NCBI RefSeq assembly: GCF_039555335.1
Contig: NC_092647.1
Span: forward strand, 18,628,946 to 18,692,945
Length of the DNA stretch: 64,000 bases
DNA from: Amphiura filiformis
Taxonomy: Eukaryota
Direction: 5' to 3'
This document shows positions 62,133-64,000 of the stretch, piece after piece. The notes under the pieces are model-generated. The model was not told the DNA's origin and made no database searches. It saw only the letters and a list, made by a program, of their open reading frames with translations. The position numbers and the translations under genes were made by a program. Position 1 is the first letter of the stretch; the number at the start of each line of letters is the position of its first letter.

Positions 62133-62422
62133 CATTGAGCATACACTGTCATGCTTGATTCATGCACTATGATGCATTTCTATTGCATTCCTATACCTTA
62201 TACTGGATCTACAAAATTATACTGTAAATACAACAGTAAATCTCATTTTGTTCACAGCACCAAACATGTCCATGAATTTTGTAAATTTGAACTAAATTTT
62301 AAACTAAAAATTAATGCGCCTTCAAACATTCTAGATTGAATAATTAATAATCACGGATGACTAAATATCTACGCTTCTACAAATCTATGTGCCACAATCA
62401 GGGTATAGGCTTGTATCATGCA

Positions 62423-62697
62423 TAATTGCATATGTGATGCGATCAAGCAAAATCAGTCGGAACTCGGAAATATTGATTTTGAGATATAGCCAAACAAAGG
62501 TAATATTTCCTTTTGTTTCCTATTGTTTTGGAAACTCTTTAATAGCTCATATCTTTGGAACTGGTTGTTCAATTTAAATGGGCTTTTCTGCAAAACTCAG
62601 CTTTGGAAATGCCTTTTACTGTCCTATAACAAACTGAAAATTAATATTTCCGAGTTCCGACTGATTTTGCTTGATCACATCACATATGTGTTAGTCA
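62423..62697. mobile_element. MITE of the atatgtgatgcgatcaagcaaaatcagtc family, 275 bp
   Basis: ~45 bp near-perfect TIRs (catatgtgatgcgatcaagcaaaatcagtcggaactcggaaatatt / aatatttccgagttccgactgattttgcttgatcacatcacatatg). Confidence 0.65.
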
Positions 62698-63073
62698 TTA
62701 GTATATGAGCCTAACAACATTCTATAAGAGAACTTCAGGATCACAGTAATCAAAGCAAACACACAACGTTTTTGTAACATTCTCAAAAAGAGCACAAAGG
62801 TTGCCACAAAATGCTTAAATGTCGGGTTATATAAAGATTATACAGAACGTTTTAATTTATAACATTTTCAAAGCAGTTTTACAAAGTACCACAAGATATT
62901 GTGACAAATGACATTTGAAAAAAAAAATTCCTAAAAAACATTAAATTTTGTTTCTAAAGATTGTTTAAAAACGCTTTTCCAATCTTATAATAACCCCACG
63001 TTCAAATTTATTTAAATGTTTGATTAAAAATGTTAATAATATATTTTGTATTTGCTCAGTGTTTCTTCCTACC

Positions 63074-63278
63074 TGGTACATTTGCATTTTCCGGATTTGG
63101 TTGCTTCTGCCTACTTGGTACCGTTGCGTATTCTGGACCAAGATGGCCATTTGTGGTACCGTTACCTTGTGGGGTAACAGTCATTGCGGCACCTTGTGGT
63201 GTCCCTGGTGATGGCACTCCGCTAGGGAAGGGGGCTGCTTCAAACAAATCCACTGTGGGGGGCTGACTAGGTGGCACC
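63074..63278 (-). CDS. Candidate exon A (VPPSQPPTVDLFEAAPFPSGVPSPGTPQGAAMTVTPQGNGTTNGHLGPEYATVPSRQKQPNPENANVP|g), 205 nt, phase 0-1
   Basis: A long polypyrimidine tract plus AG (ttttcccttttgtgtttgtttgtttgtttgtatgtatacctatctatgggtcag|gtgccacc) on the minus strand. Donor gtaccag|GTAGGAag. The other two frames contain stops. Confidence 0.4.
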
Positions 63279-63402
63279 TGACCCATAGATAGGTATACAT
63301 ACAAACAAACAAACAAACACAAAAGGGAAAAGGAAACAAACATGAAGTGAAAAGAAAAACATGCAAAACCAAAGATAGGTCAACATGGCACTAAGCGGCA
63401 CA

Positions 63403-63694
63403 GGCAGTTCCATTTAAAACCCACATTACCCCTATGGAAAAGTTTATAAATATCTTCCACATGGGGAAAATGATTTTCAAATGAAATGAACACATTAGGC
63501 AGCTCCGTTTGAATTTCATACACCCTCTGAAAAAGATTCCACCTGGATCTTCCACATAGGTTCGTGAGTTTGAAATCGAGCGGCCTATAATGTGTCGATA
63601 ATGTGTTCATTGCATTTAAAAATCATACTCCCCCTGTAGGAGATATTTCCAAAATCTACCACAGGGGAAGAGTGGATTTTAAATGGAACAGCCC
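63403..63694. mobile_element. Family H trimer copy
   Basis: Collinear with the trimers at 37161-37440 and 43821-44088. Confidence 0.65.
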
Positions 63695-64000
63695 AGGGTT
63701 TAGAAGGAGACAGCGAAGTACACACACTTATTCTGTAGCAATTGTTACTTTACGACGGCACTGTTTCAATAAGTTTATCAATTCAAATTGCTTGAATGTG
63801 GGCTTCAACAGATTTGTCATTGGACCCATATATATTACAAAATGTAAGGTCCTCCAGTTCCTACTTTTTCTCCTGAAATTAACAGGGTTGGTACAACATC
63901 ACATCAAGCTGATTGGAAGCTGCTATTGGGCAGGGTCAGAATTCAATCTTGATTCTTGCAGGATAAATTCACGCCAAAATTCTAACAGATTCACGCCAAA

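Overview
This window is not prokaryotic. It reads as a gene-poor, extremely repeat-dense stretch of an invertebrate metazoan genome, most like a cephalochordate, echinoderm or mollusc; I cannot tell which. GC is about 38-40%. The six-frame ORF track has almost no long ORFs, and its ORFs start at TTG/GTG as well as ATG, so it was used only as a guide.

Three back-to-back tandem arrays dominate the middle of the window:
- a 7.3 kb satellite of ~45-48 bp units with nested higher-order repeats (22258-29530)
- a 1.7 kb minisatellite of 59-60 bp units (29762-31446)
- a 0.64 kb array of 66-67 bp units (31797-32432)

The rest is a mosaic of interspersed repeats, listed in full under features:
- two dispersed families of tRNA-derived SINEs
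- at least eight families of short TIR/foldback (MITE-like) elements
- further tandem arrays (117 bp x6.6, 236 bp, 160 bp x4.5)
- several long perfect or near-perfect palindromes

Suggested superfamily assignments for the MITE-like elements:
- Three ~200 bp copies have perfect TTAA target-site duplications and so look piggyBac-like.
- Copies with TTA/TAA duplications look PIF/Harbinger-like; one of these sits inside the satellite.
- The most abundant family is built from a ~90 bp hairpin monomer occurring as dimers and trimers, 13 copies, all within 36.7-63.7 kb.
- One foldback element is centred on a short (CCCTAA)n-like tract.

The only protein-coding signal I can support is on the minus strand between ~45.3 and 63.3 kb.
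- Four widely spaced, phase-compatible Pro/Ser/Thr-rich exons have good splice signals at 63.2, 58.1, 53.9 and 48.0 kb.
- The 160 bp tandem repeat at 45971-46700 is a tandem array of four duplicated ~100 nt exons separated by 55-65 nt introns. Each exon is followed by a consensus CAG|GTAAGT donor. Each has exactly one open frame, and that frame encodes a conserved peptide ending LYMDNQMKEMQ.
- A possible terminal exon with an in-frame stop lies at 45.3 kb.

No rRNA, intact tRNA, snRNA or CRISPR-like features were found.
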